DNA of 60,318 nucleotides, filler included. It is 3 parts of 3 records of this genome, joined end to end, with 100 filler letters (N's around TTAATTAATTAA, not from the genome) between each part and the next. Parts side by side here need not be neighbours in the genome. Positions count along the whole stretch, not along the records: positions 1 to 28,936 come from SRR31156797_3462; positions 29,037 to 50,003 come from SRR31156797_3464; 1 more part is not named here. One strand, given 5' to 3'. The notes under the pieces are model-generated. The model was not told the origin of the DNA. It did not search any database and saw only the letters and a list, made by a program, of their open reading frames with translations. A program made the position numbers and the translations under genes. Below, one piece after another: positions 26,755 through 36,649 of the stretch. How positions within the stretch are numbered: position 1 is the stretch's first letter; each line of letters begins with the position of its first letter.

Positions 26755-27185
26755 AAACAGTATATCTAAATCGTAAGCCTTCCACCAAGTATGGAACCTT
26801 TGGTCACTGGTATTGTCCGGAGATTGGTTTCAGCTGCTTTTCTGCAGAACCGCCGTGGAAAAACAACCGCCGAAATGTGTCGTGCATTCCTGAAGGTGAA
26901 TACCTGGTACGCATCAGGAAAAGTCCTAAGTACGGTCTCATCTTTCATGTTACAGGTGTTGATGGTCGCTCCTTTATCCTGGTACATTCAGGCAACTATG
27001 CCGGCGATGTGGAAAAAGGCTTAAAGTCGCACACGATGGGCTGCATTCTTTTAGGCAAAAGCATGGGATGGCTCAATAAGCAACAGGTGGTTCTGAACAG
27101 CCGCATAACCGTTCGCAAATTTATGTCACTAACAAATAATGAAACCTTTAAACTCAAAGTAGGATGGTACTCGAAAGCATCATAG
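26751..27185 (+). CDS. DUF5675-family protein, putative endolysin
   Basis: TFG...EPPW..N....SCIPEGEY...GRSFILVHSGN...TMGCILLG. Confidence 0.8.
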   Translation: MKTVYLNRKPSTKYGTFGHWYCPEIGFSCFSAEPPWKNNRRNVSCIPEGEYLVRIRKSPKYGLIFHVTGVDGRSFILVHSGNYAGDVEKGLKSHTMGCILLGKSMGWLNKQQVVLNSRITVRKFMSLTNNETFKLKVGWYSKAS

Positions 27186-27757
27186 GCGTATTCACAGGAA
27201 TCCTTGGTTCCGGAATTACCGCCTTTACAAATTTTAAAATGCAAAAGCTCAAAAATGAGCATGAACAAAAAATGGTTCATCTGGAGAAGGAATCCATGAT
27301 TGCTGAAGCGCAAATGAATATCCAGGTAACAGAAACGCAGGTACAAGGTCAGCTGCTGCAGATGGAAGAAGGCAACTACGGCAAAAACATTGAATTGGCT
27401 CACCGCAAGGAAGTGGACAATAAAATGATTGACAAGCTTTTTGCCAGTGCATGGACCAGCTGGTTGGGAACCTTATTGGTGTTTATGCTAGGCATTGTCG
27501 ATTTTATTAAAGGAGCCATGCGCCCGGTACTAACGGCTTACCTGGTTGTATTAACCTCATATATCACTTATGTGGCTATTGAGATTATTACCTCCAAGCA
27601 AAGCTTAATGTCTGTAGATATAGCCTTGGATCTCTTTTTAGAAGTGGTTCGAATTGTCATTTACCTGACCGTTTCGGTTGTCTCCTGGTGGTTTGCTGAC
27701 AGGCGTGTAGCAAAGTTCCTGTATCGCCTAAATGACGGTAACATACGTGAAAAATAA
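27164..27757 (+). CDS. Membrane protein, holin-of-3TMs-like
   Basis: MRPVLTAY, SWWFADR, several TM segments. Confidence 0.6.
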   Translation: MVLESIIGVFTGILGSGITAFTNFKMQKLKNEHEQKMVHLEKESMIAEAQMNIQVTETQVQGQLLQMEEGNYGKNIELAHRKEVDNKMIDKLFASAWTSWLGTLLVFMLGIVDFIKGAMRPVLTAYLVVLTSYITYVAIEIITSKQSLMSVDIALDLFLEVVRIVIYLTVSVVSWWFADRRVAKFLYRLNDGNIREK

Positions 27758-27791
27758 TAACAGTAAACAGTAATCAATTAAACAATTAACA

Positions 27792-28109
27792 ATGAAAACA
27801 AGTCAAAATTTTGGACAGGCAATTACTGCGTTAAAAGAAGGAAAAAGAGTACAACGATCTGGTTGGAATGGCAAAGGAATGTTTGTTTTTATGCAGGTTC
27901 CTTCAGAGATTAAAAGTGAAATAGTACCCAAAATGACATCGTTGCCTCAGTCTGTAAAAGATGAATTTAATAAACGCTTTGAAAATGAGCAAATTGATGC
28001 TATTTATTATGATGATCAATTAGCCATTGTAAATCAAAGTAATTTAATATCAGGTTGGTCTCCCTCAGTAGCAGACAGTTTAGCCAACGATTGGATTATT
28101 CTTGATTAA
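27792..28109 (+). CDS. DUF2829 / Tad2-like anti-defence sponge protein
   Basis: NFGQAITALKEGKRVQRSGWNGKGMFV ... GWSPSVADSLANDW. Confidence 0.82.
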   Translation: MKTSQNFGQAITALKEGKRVQRSGWNGKGMFVFMQVPSEIKSEIVPKMTSLPQSVKDEFNKRFENEQIDAIYYDDQLAIVNQSNLISGWSPSVADSLANDWIILD

Positions 28110-28133
28110 CTCTGTGTCTCCGTGTCTCTGTGT
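28110..28133 (+). repeat. 8-bp tandem repeat x3
   Basis: CTCTGTGT CTCCGTGT CTCTGTGT. Confidence 0.8.
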
Positions 28134-28151
28134 TCATCTTGATACTATCTC

Positions 28152-28907
28152 ATGATTAAAATAAAGTTACAAATACCACGTCGTTGGCGTTCTGACGAAA
28201 TTATCAACACAACACATCCTGATAACTGGGAGGAGCTCACGCCCTCTCAGTTTATTGCCTTAGTGCGTGTTATGAATGGTGATATTTCCGAAAACGATCT
28301 GCTTGTCGAAATGCTCGACATACCAGAGCGCATGATTAAAAAGCTTGATACATACCAACGTTTCCGACTCGGACAAATCCTCGATTTTATGCAAAGCAAA
28401 GCTCCTTTCAACAGGTTTATTATTCCTGAGATAAACCAACTTAAAGCACCATTGCCAGGACTCAGCGATGTGACTTTTGGTGAGTTTATTCATATGGATA
28501 CTTTCTATGCCAATTACATGGAAAGCAATAGCCCGGATGATTTGATTAAGCTGGTATCGCTTATTTATGTGCAGTATCATAAAGGCGAAACCCAAAGGCC
28601 AGTATTTTCAGGTAAGATGGATTGGCACGATGCTAAAAAGATATCAGAGAACCGCCGCGAAGCCATCGCCTTAAACTATGGCTTAATTCGCACCTGGTTA
28701 GAACAGGCTTACCCCGAAGTATTTCCTGCTCAAAAAGAAAACAGCAAAAAAGCCAATGCTAAGCAAGGCAATGGCTGGGTAGATGTGTACGACAGTATTG
28801 TTGGTGATGATATCATCAATTCCGAAAAGTACTTTAATAAATCCTGCACCGAAATGCTTCGCTATATGAATAAACAGATTGTGGAAAGCCGAAAACGAAA
28901 GAAGTAA
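28152..28907 (+). CDS. Phage hypothetical protein, possible tail assembly chaperone
   Basis: PDNWEELTPSQF, LSDVTFGEFI, YPEVF. Confidence 0.65.
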   Translation: MIKIKLQIPRRWRSDEIINTTHPDNWEELTPSQFIALVRVMNGDISENDLLVEMLDIPERMIKKLDTYQRFRLGQILDFMQSKAPFNRFIIPEINQLKAPLPGLSDVTFGEFIHMDTFYANYMESNSPDDLIKLVSLIYVQYHKGETQRPVFSGKMDWHDAKKISENRREAIALNYGLIRTWLEQAYPEVFPAQKENSKKANAKQGNGWVDVYDSIVGDDIINSEKYFNKSCTEMLRYMNKQIVESRKRKK

Positions 28908-28936
28908 GCAAGCTGTAAATCATCTTTATACTTAAT

Positions 28937-29036
28937 NNNNNNNNNNNNNNNNNNNNNNNNNNNNNNNNNNNNNNNNNNNNTTAATTAATTAANNNNNNNN
29001 NNNNNNNNNNNNNNNNNNNNNNNNNNNNNNNNNNNN
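28937..29036. other. Artificial contig spacer
   Basis: N44-TTAATTAATTAA-N44. Confidence 0.98.
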
Positions 29037-29267
29037 GATGATGAAAGAATGCCAGAGGAGTTAAGAGAAAAAGCCGAAATCAAAAAAGTACGATTCAGAA
29101 CTTTAGGTTGCTACCCATTAACTGGTGCAGTTGAAAGCGAGGCAGATACTATAGAAAAGATTGTTGAGGAGATGATGACAGCAACTCAATCAGAAAGAAC
29201 AACTCGAGTTATTGATTTTGATCAGGAGGCTAGTATGGAACAGAAAAAGAGGGAAGGATATTTTTAA
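29037..29267 (+). CDS. cysD: Sulfate adenylyltransferase subunit 2, 3' fragment cut by the contig start
   Basis: [17 protein letters not shown]...[11 protein letters not shown]. Confidence 0.95.
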   Translation, partial: DDERMPEELREKAEIKKVRFRTLGCYPLTGAVESEADTIEKIVEEMMTATQSERTTRVIDFDQEASMEQKKREGYF

Positions 29268-29422
29268 TATCTCGAAATAATTATAAAAAATTAAGATTGA
29301 TGGGTATGTTATTATCTTAAGACTTATATTAATTTTTTTTCTTGGATATTTTATTTAATTAAATGAGGAAATAAACTTAAGTTCATACATCATCACAATC
29401 TTAGATAAACTACAATAGAACT

Positions 29423-31309
29423 ATGTCACAATCTACATTAGATATAAAGGAATACCTTGATAGGGATGAAAAGAAAGATTTACTGAGGTTATTAACAGCT
29501 GGATCTGTAGATGATGGGAAATCAACTTTAATTGGCCGCTTGTTGTTTGACAGCAAGAAATTATATGAAGATCAACTCTCTGCATTGGAAAGAGACAGTA
29601 AAAAGGAAGGTAATGCTGGTGGAGAGATTGATTATGCCTTGTTGTTAGATGGCTTAAAAGCAGAGCGGGAACAAGGTATTACCATTGATGTAGCTTATCG
29701 ATATTTCTCAACAAATAAAAGAAAATTTATTATTGCAGATACACCTGGGCATGAGCAATACACTCGTAATATGATAACAGGTGGATCTACTGCAAATTTA
29801 GCCATTATTTTAGTTGACGCACGTCATGGAGTTATAACGCAAACCAAACGTCATACTTTTATAGCTTCTTTGTTAGGAATTAAGCATGTTGTGCTTGCAG
29901 TGAATAAAATGGATTTAGTAGACTATGATGAAGATGTGTTCAATCAAATCTGTGAGGAATATGAACAATTTGTCACTCCATTAAATATTCCAGATATTCA
30001 CTATTTTCCGCTATCTGCTTTAAAAGGAGATAATGTTGTTGAGAATACAGGCAGTATGACTTGGTATAAAGGAAAGGCACTATTAGAATTTTTAGAAGAT
30101 ATTCATATAAGCTCAGATCGTAATTTTGAAGATTTCCGTTATCCAGTGCAGTATGTGATGCGTCCAAATCTTGATTTTAGAGGTTTCTCCGGTAAAATTG
30201 CATCAGGGATCATAAATAAAGGCGATGAAGTGGTAGCTTTGCCGTCAGGCAAAAGATCTAAAGTAAAAGCAATTCATACTTATGAGGGAGAAATAGATCA
30301 TGCTTTTCCTCCTCAATCAGTTACCTTAACTTTGGAAGATGAAATAGATATCTCTAGAGGTGAAATGCTTGTACATCCAGACAATCTTCCTAGAACGGAA
30401 AGACACTTTGAAGCAATGATGGTTTGGATGGATGAAAAAGCAATGAATCCTAACAAGCAATATATCATTAAGCAAACGACTAATCGAACTAAGGTTAGAA
30501 TTGATGAAATAAAATATAAAGTTGATGTTAATACTCTAGAACAATCAAAGATTGATAAATTTGAATTAAATGAGATTGGGCGTGTCGTATTAACATCAAA
30601 CAAACCAATGTTCTTTGATCCTTATCAAAAGAATAAAACAACCGGTGCTTTCATTCTGATTGATCCACTGTCTCACAACACCTGTGGTGCAGGTATGATT
30701 ATTGATAAACTTGATGAAAAAGATCTTTATTCTCGCATCACCGATATGGATAAAGAAAAGATGATCAAAGGCGAAAGTCTTGTTTCTCAATCAGAGCGTG
30801 AAGAAAGATATAACCAGAAAGGTCAAACGATATGGATTACAGGACTTCATGGTTCAGGGAAAAGAGAGTTAGCCTATACTATAGAACGCAGATTTTTTGA
30901 CGAAGGAAAAACCGTTGTTGTTTTTGATGGAGCAACCGTTAGAGCAGGTTTATCTCACGAGTTAGATTATTCATTGACAGACAGAGCAGAACATCTTCGC
31001 AGAGTAGCACATATGTGTAAAATGCTAAATGACCAGGGAATTATCACAATATGTTGTTTTATTTCTCCTGACGAAAGCATTCGCCAACAAGTAAGAAATA
31101 TTGTTGGTAGCGATAGGTTTACATTAATATATATAGATAAATCAATAGAGGAATGTAAAATGGCACAGCCTGATTTATATAGTAGTTTTGAGAATGGTGA
31201 AATACAAAACATGGCAGGTCTTGATTTAAGGTATGAGGTTCCAAAAAACGCAATGGTACTAACAGATGTGAACCTGTCAGATGGGTTCTTCAATACTATA
31301 TTGTTGTAA
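29423..31309 (+). CDS. cysN: Sulfate adenylyltransferase subunit 1 fused to an APS-kinase-like domain (CysN/CysC)
   Basis: [40 protein letters not shown]-terminal [11 protein letters not shown]. Confidence 0.95.
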   Translation: MSQSTLDIKEYLDRDEKKDLLRLLTAGSVDDGKSTLIGRLLFDSKKLYEDQLSALERDSKKEGNAGGEIDYALLLDGLKAEREQGITIDVAYRYFSTNKRKFIIADTPGHEQYTRNMITGGSTANLAIILVDARHGVITQTKRHTFIASLLGIKHVVLAVNKMDLVDYDEDVFNQICEEYEQFVTPLNIPDIHYFPLSALKGDNVVENTGSMTWYKGKALLEFLEDIHISSDRNFEDFRYPVQYVMRPNLDFRGFSGKIASGIINKGDEVVALPSGKRSKVKAIHTYEGEIDHAFPPQSVTLTLEDEIDISRGEMLVHPDNLPRTERHFEAMMVWMDEKAMNPNKQYIIKQTTNRTKVRIDEIKYKVDVNTLEQSKIDKFELNEIGRVVLTSNKPMFFDPYQKNKTTGAFILIDPLSHNTCGAGMIIDKLDEKDLYSRITDMDKEKMIKGESLVSQSEREERYNQKGQTIWITGLHGSGKRELAYTIERRFFDEGKTVVVFDGATVRAGLSHELDYSLTDRAEHLRRVAHMCKMLNDQGIITICCFISPDESIRQQVRNIVGSDRFTLIYIDKSIEECKMAQPDLYSSFENGEIQNMAGLDLRYEVPKNAMVLTDVNLSDGFFNTILL

Positions 31310-31324
31310 GATAATGTTTAAATT

Positions 31325-32641
31325 TTGAGTTCTATTGCAAAAATAATTGGAAGATTGAAGAATGGACTCGATCCCCATTCACTTGAAGTTATTCATAAAT
31401 CCTGTGCATCTTTAATTGTGAAAGTATTAGGGATGATAATGGGATTATTAGTTAGTTTAACTTTAGGAAAGGAGTTAGGTGCGCAAGGTATAGGTATTAT
31501 AAATCTAGCAAATCGATCCGTTTCAATATTACTGATTTTAGCCATGTTCGGAATGGAGAAAGTAATATTAAAGGAAATAGCTATAGGTGTATCCAAAGGA
31601 GATTGGAATTTGGTTGGCTCTACTATTGCTACAGGTATTCGGTTTAATGTTTTACTATCAATTTTATTAATTTGTATAACATTATTTATTACGCCATTAT
31701 TAATTACTAATTTCTTTAATGAACCAGAATTAAAAATCCCTTTTATAATTGCTATAATAGCTATGCTTCCACAAGTTATATCAAGAATTTATGGAGCGGG
31801 GTTAATAGGTTATAGGAAAATATGGCAAAGTAATCTTGTAAATGAAACGCTCAGCGTATGGGTTGTTGGTATCTTAATTTATATCTATTTAATTATAGGC
31901 ATAACTTTAAATGTGGTTCATGTAGCTTGGTTTTATGCCATTGGAAGATTAATTGTATCCTTAACTATGTTGTTGTATTGGAGAAAAATAGGACCATCGA
32001 AGTTTACATTTACGCTTAGAATTAAATCAATGCTAAAGGTAGCTATGCCTTTGTTACTTGTGAATGCAACAACTATATTAGCTTCAAATGTAGATATAAT
32101 AATGTTGGGATGGTTAAGTGATGTAAAAAGTGTTGGATTGTATAGCGTAGCTTCAAGGTTAGCTTTGCTGACAAGTTTTTTTTTACAGATATCTAATTCT
32201 GCTATATCTCCTAAGTTAGCTTCGTTAAATGTACAAAATAAGAAATCTGAAATGCAATTAATGATTAAGCAGGTTATAAGGGGCTTAATCGCGATTGGTT
32301 TTTTAAGTGTTATATTTTTTGTTTTTACTGGAGAATGGGTTTTAAGTCTATGGGGAGATGAGTTTATAGTAGCATATTCTATATTAATCGTTCTAGTTAT
32401 AGGACAATTTATTAATATTTCTACAGGTCCAGTTGGAATGTTATTAATCATGTGTGGAGAGGAGAAGTTTTATGGAAGGGTTGCTTCTTTATTTTTGTTA
32501 ATTAATATTGCGTTGAACTTTATATTTATAACCCAGTTTGGAGTAATTGGTGCGGCCTATGCAACTGCATTAACTGTAATCGGAGATAATATTGTGAAGG
32601 TAATTTTTGTTAAACGTAGGCTAGGTGTTAAAATTCTATAA
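31325..32641 (+). CDS. wzx: Wzx-type polysaccharide flippase
   Basis: Multi-TM; DIIMLG, VGLYSVASRL, GVIGAAYAT. Confidence 0.88.
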   Translation: MSSIAKIIGRLKNGLDPHSLEVIHKSCASLIVKVLGMIMGLLVSLTLGKELGAQGIGIINLANRSVSILLILAMFGMEKVILKEIAIGVSKGDWNLVGSTIATGIRFNVLLSILLICITLFITPLLITNFFNEPELKIPFIIAIIAMLPQVISRIYGAGLIGYRKIWQSNLVNETLSVWVVGILIYIYLIIGITLNVVHVAWFYAIGRLIVSLTMLLYWRKIGPSKFTFTLRIKSMLKVAMPLLLVNATTILASNVDIIMLGWLSDVKSVGLYSVASRLALLTSFFLQISNSAISPKLASLNVQNKKSEMQLMIKQVIRGLIAIGFLSVIFFVFTGEWVLSLWGDEFIVAYSILIVLVIGQFINISTGPVGMLLIMCGEEKFYGRVASLFLLINIALNFIFITQFGVIGAAYATALTVIGDNIVKVIFVKRRLGVKIL

Positions 32642-32696
32642 ATGTCAAGAAAAAAAATAGAATAAGATTAAATCTAGCTTAGATCGTTATTAAAGT

Positions 32697-33608
32697 ATGA
32701 TAAGTTGCGAGCAATTAAATCCTGTTTTTATTGTTGGAATGCCTAGATCTGGTACTACAATGGTATCTAATATGCTAAATGCCTCCGGAGAAGTATTTTT
32801 AGGAAGGGAAACCCATTTTTTTTCAATTCTATCAAAGTGGAGTGAAAATGCAGATATAGATCTTATTGAGTATTATTTTGATAGTGAGAAAAATAAATAT
32901 TTCAAATATTATGGGTATAGTATAGAGGATTTAAATTTTTTTAAATCAAATTTTAAAAAATCAGTTTCGTATAAAAATTTACTTAAGTTAATTTGTCAAT
33001 ATGAAAGTAAAAAAAATGGAATTGAAAGATGGGGAGAAAAAACACCTGATCACTATCTTTATATAGAGCAAATTAAAGACTTCTTTCCAGATGCTAAAAT
33101 AGTAATAGTAGAAAGAAATCCTTTAGATGTATTTCACTCTACATTAAAAGTTGAATGGGGAATAAAAAATCCTCTTACTTTCGGCAAAAAGTACTTAAAC
33201 TTCAAAAAAACAGTTGATTATGCCAAAAACAATGAATCGGTATTTTTAATTCGTTATGAAAATCTATTGAAATCGCCTGATAATGAACTAAAAAGACTTT
33301 TTGATTTTTGTAATCTTAAATATACAGAAAGTATTTTGGAACGTTTTTTTAACATAGGCAATCTTAACTATGATGTTAAGATTGAACCTTGGAAAGCAAA
33401 TAATAATACAAAACTTAATCGTTCTAATATAAATAAATGGGAAAAGGATATAAAAAATATTCAGAAATACAAATTTCTAGCTTATTATCTTAAAAAAGCA
33501 ACAAAATTAAAGAATCCCAATAGTAATCTATTAATATACTATAGCAATTATTTAGTGTATTGGATTAGTGAAAAAGTTAAGAATAGAATAAATGCAATAA
33601 AAGGTTAA
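32697..33608 (+). CDS. PAPS-dependent sulfotransferase
   Basis: FIVGMPRSGTT, WGEKTP, RNPLDV, RYENL. Confidence 0.92.
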   Translation: MISCEQLNPVFIVGMPRSGTTMVSNMLNASGEVFLGRETHFFSILSKWSENADIDLIEYYFDSEKNKYFKYYGYSIEDLNFFKSNFKKSVSYKNLLKLICQYESKKNGIERWGEKTPDHYLYIEQIKDFFPDAKIVIVERNPLDVFHSTLKVEWGIKNPLTFGKKYLNFKKTVDYAKNNESVFLIRYENLLKSPDNELKRLFDFCNLKYTESILERFFNIGNLNYDVKIEPWKANNNTKLNRSNINKWEKDIKNIQKYKFLAYYLKKATKLKNPNSNLLIYYSNYLVYWISEKVKNRINAIKG

Positions 33609-33611
33609 ATA

Positions 33612-34346
33612 ATGGAAAGATTAAAAATTTATGGTGAAAGAAATACTGGAACTAATTATTTATCAAAATTAGTTGAAGAAAATATTAAGGTAAAGCTATT
33701 AAGAGGGACTGCTCCTCGTAATAAGTATTTTAAGTTACCAGAACCCTTAATTAACCTTTATTTTTACCTTACTAAAGAATCGAACTTAGGTTGGAAACAT
33801 ACAATACTAGATCTTAATTTAATTAAAAGTTATAAATTTATTGATAAAACATATTTTGTTACTTTAACTAAGAACCCATACTCCTTTCTACTTTCTCTAT
33901 ATAAAAGACCATATCATCTTAAAGAGGATAGAGCATCTAGTTTTGAAGAATTTGTCTCTAATAGATGGAAATTACAATATAGAGATGGGGAAACCGTAGA
34001 GGAGTATTTGAACCCGATAGAACTTTGGAATAAGAAAAATAAATCTTATATGTACCTTTATAATAAATTCGAGGATAGAGTTATTAATTGTAAATATGAG
34101 GAGTTATTGTTAGACCCATCTAGGCAAATTGATGAAATAGTTAAGAAATTTAACATAAAGGTCTCTAAGGAATTTGCAAATCATACTAAATCAACAAAAA
34201 ATGACAACAAATCATTTAATGATTATCAGAAATATTATTTGGATGAACTTTGGAAGAAAGACTTAACCAAACAATCTATAGAAATAATTAATTCATATTT
34301 AGATGATGAAGTATTAGCTTATTATAAGTATAAAAAACTTACTTAA
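33612..34346 (+). CDS. Sulfotransferase-domain protein
   Basis: IYGERNTGTNY, GWKH, KNPYSFLLS, KYEELL. Confidence 0.75.
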   Translation: MERLKIYGERNTGTNYLSKLVEENIKVKLLRGTAPRNKYFKLPEPLINLYFYLTKESNLGWKHTILDLNLIKSYKFIDKTYFVTLTKNPYSFLLSLYKRPYHLKEDRASSFEEFVSNRWKLQYRDGETVEEYLNPIELWNKKNKSYMYLYNKFEDRVINCKYEELLLDPSRQIDEIVKKFNIKVSKEFANHTKSTKNDNKSFNDYQKYYLDELWKKDLTKQSIEIINSYLDDEVLAYYKYKKLT

Positions 34347-34362
34347 TCGTATTTCGGATATA

Positions 34363-35529
34363 ATGGAAAAAGAGGAGTTAAACAGTAAAACAAAAAAAAT
34401 ACTCGTAATTTCGCCTGTTCCTACGCATCCGTCTCATGCAGGAAATCGAAAGTGTATTTTGTCTTACGTCGAATTATTAAAACAAAATGGTTATAAAATT
34501 AGCTATTTATGGATAGTAAGTTATACAGTCAAGAAAGAAGAATATAATCAAATGAATTCTTACTGGGGTAAGGATTTGTATATTTTCAGGAAAAATTTAT
34601 TTCATAGAATTATTGAATCTTTTAGTAGGAGAGTTTTGTTTGCATTTACTAAAAGGTATCCTTTAAATAGTTTTTATCCATGGGGAATAAGTCAGCTTTT
34701 AAAACGCATACAAAAACAGACTCAGATAGATGTTGTGTTTGTAAATTATGTATATCTATCAAGGATATTTAATTATTTCAAAAATAAAGTAAAAATATTG
34801 TATACACATGATGTATTCTCTAATAAATTTCAAAGAACTGGTTCTGATTGGTTCTCTATATCTCCAAATAGTGAGGCATATGGTATAAATAGGGCAGATA
34901 AGATATTAGCGATTCAAGAAAATGAAGCAGAGTATTTTAGATATCTAACTAAGAAATCTATTAACACTGTGTATAGTTATTTTGAAATAGTAAAGACGAA
35001 ATTTAACGGAAATAAAAATATACTTTATATAGCAGGTCCTAATAGCTATAATGTTGAATCAATTAGATGGTTTATTGAGGAAATATTTAAAAAAATTAAT
35101 ACCATAGTCGATAGAGTCCAATTAGTAATTGGAGGTAGAATTTGTAATGAATTAGAGGAATATAGGAGTCTAGATGGTATTGTATTTAAAGGAGAAGTTG
35201 ATGATTTGGAAGAGTTTTATTCCTTGGGTGATATAGCTATAAATCCAACATTTAATGGTACTGGACTAAAAATAAAATCTTTTGAAGCTATGGCTTATGG
35301 AAAAGTCTTGGTATCTCATAAGCATTGTATTGAAGGGATTTATAATGCTGAATCAGCACCTGTTTTTTATGATGAAGACCCTCGACAGTTTATTAAAATT
35401 TTGACAATGTTATTGTTAGATCAGGATATGGTTCGAAGAGCTAAAGAGGATACTGTAAAATATATGGAAAGTTTTAATAAGGAAGTGAAATTGAGGTTTG
35501 TAAATTCTATTAATGAAAAAATTAAATAG
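34363..35529 (+). CDS. Glycosyltransferase family 4
   Basis: GTGLKIKSFEAMAYG. Confidence 0.88.
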   Translation: MEKEELNSKTKKILVISPVPTHPSHAGNRKCILSYVELLKQNGYKISYLWIVSYTVKKEEYNQMNSYWGKDLYIFRKNLFHRIIESFSRRVLFAFTKRYPLNSFYPWGISQLLKRIQKQTQIDVVFVNYVYLSRIFNYFKNKVKILYTHDVFSNKFQRTGSDWFSISPNSEAYGINRADKILAIQENEAEYFRYLTKKSINTVYSYFEIVKTKFNGNKNILYIAGPNSYNVESIRWFIEEIFKKINTIVDRVQLVIGGRICNELEEYRSLDGIVFKGEVDDLEEFYSLGDIAINPTFNGTGLKIKSFEAMAYGKVLVSHKHCIEGIYNAESAPVFYDEDPRQFIKILTMLLLDQDMVRRAKEDTVKYMESFNKEVKLRFVNSINEKIK

Positions 35530-35534
35530 GAATA

Positions 35535-36629
35535 ATGGAAGTTTACATTATTTTATATTCAATCTTATTTTTAGCTGCATTTTTTGATAATAATTGGACT
35601 CCGTTATCTCTTAAAAAGAGTATTGTTATCTTTTGGGTAATAGTTTTTACTCTTTTCAGAGGGTTGAGGTGGGAGTGCGGAACTGATTGGGATCAATACT
35701 TGTTTGTATTTGAAAATGCAAAATGGAATAATATTTTTACTTTTAATAGGTATGGAGATGAATACATGGAACCAATGTATATGTTTTTTAATGTACTCAT
35801 AAAAGCATTAGGTGGAAACTATACTATTTTTCTATTAATAACAAACTATTTTATTTTATACACATATGCCAAGTTTGTATTAAACGAAACTTCTACTCCT
35901 ATATTAGGTTTTATTATTCTAATTGTATTTTTTGGATTTTTTCCTGTTAGACAACATTTAGCAATAGCTTTTTTAATAATAAGTTATAAACACTTGCTTA
36001 AAAAAAAATTTCTTCCATTTATATTTTATACTTCAATTGGCATATTTACGCATGCATCTAGTATACTATTATTAGTTTTATATTTTATAGCGCATGTTCG
36101 GTTCCATTTACTTTTTTTGATTATTGCATATGTAGGTTCATATTTTATTAGTAAATATATAGATACTATCTTACTTTTTGTATTTGTAAAGATGGGTATA
36201 ATTGGACCTATGTTTGCAAATAGAGTAGAAGTTTATTTAAGAATTTCTCAGAGTGAGGCAACTAGAGGAATTGCGAGTTTTATTTTAGGGTTATTTTTTA
36301 TTTGTTTATATAGTTATATTAGATTTAAGAATAAATTAAATGCGAAGGAGTATATAAGACTCAATGTTTCCTTAAACTTATATGTTGTTTCTTTATGTAT
36401 TATGAACCTATTTTCTGCACAATTTCAAGATCTAGGTAGAGCGGCGTCTAACCTAACACCTTCATTAGCTATTTTACTTCCTGGAGCTGTATATTATTTT
36501 GGCAAAAAGAATGTTGTGTTTTTTTTTATTGCATGTTTTATTTTTGTTCTATATGTTATTTATAGGTTTTCATCATTTTTTGATTTTTATCCAGAAGCAC
36601 ATTTCCCATACCGTTCGATTTTTAATTAG
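35535..36629 (+). CDS. wzy: EpsG/Wzy-like polysaccharide polymerase
   Basis: GLRWECGTDWDQY, RQHLAI, HASS, multi-TM. Confidence 0.85.
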   Translation: MEVYIILYSILFLAAFFDNNWTPLSLKKSIVIFWVIVFTLFRGLRWECGTDWDQYLFVFENAKWNNIFTFNRYGDEYMEPMYMFFNVLIKALGGNYTIFLLITNYFILYTYAKFVLNETSTPILGFIILIVFFGFFPVRQHLAIAFLIISYKHLLKKKFLPFIFYTSIGIFTHASSILLLVLYFIAHVRFHLLFLIIAYVGSYFISKYIDTILLFVFVKMGIIGPMFANRVEVYLRISQSEATRGIASFILGLFFICLYSYIRFKNKLNAKEYIRLNVSLNLYVVSLCIMNLFSAQFQDLGRAASNLTPSLAILLPGAVYYFGKKNVVFFFIACFIFVLYVIYRFSSFFDFYPEAHFPYRSIFN

Positions 36630-36649
36630 AATATTTTGATACTTTTAAG

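Larger units (their letters stand above)
96..28936. mobile_element. Bacteroidota temperate prophage, left portion (tail and integrase beyond the contig end)
   Basis: Repressor/cro pair, primase-helicase, ClpP protease, capsid, terminase, portal, holin and endolysin-like genes in phage-like order. Confidence 0.93.

Noticed and set aside
96-28936. Diversity-generating retroelement, retron or Mu-like transposase
   Set aside because: No reverse transcriptase, TR/VR pair or DDE transposase seen in the visible part
28981-28992. TTAATTAATTAA palindrome (also 50048-50059)
   Set aside because: Artificial all-frame stop linker inside N spacers
28152-31309. cysD/cysNC as phage auxiliary metabolic genes
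   Set aside because: Separated from the prophage by an artificial contig junction
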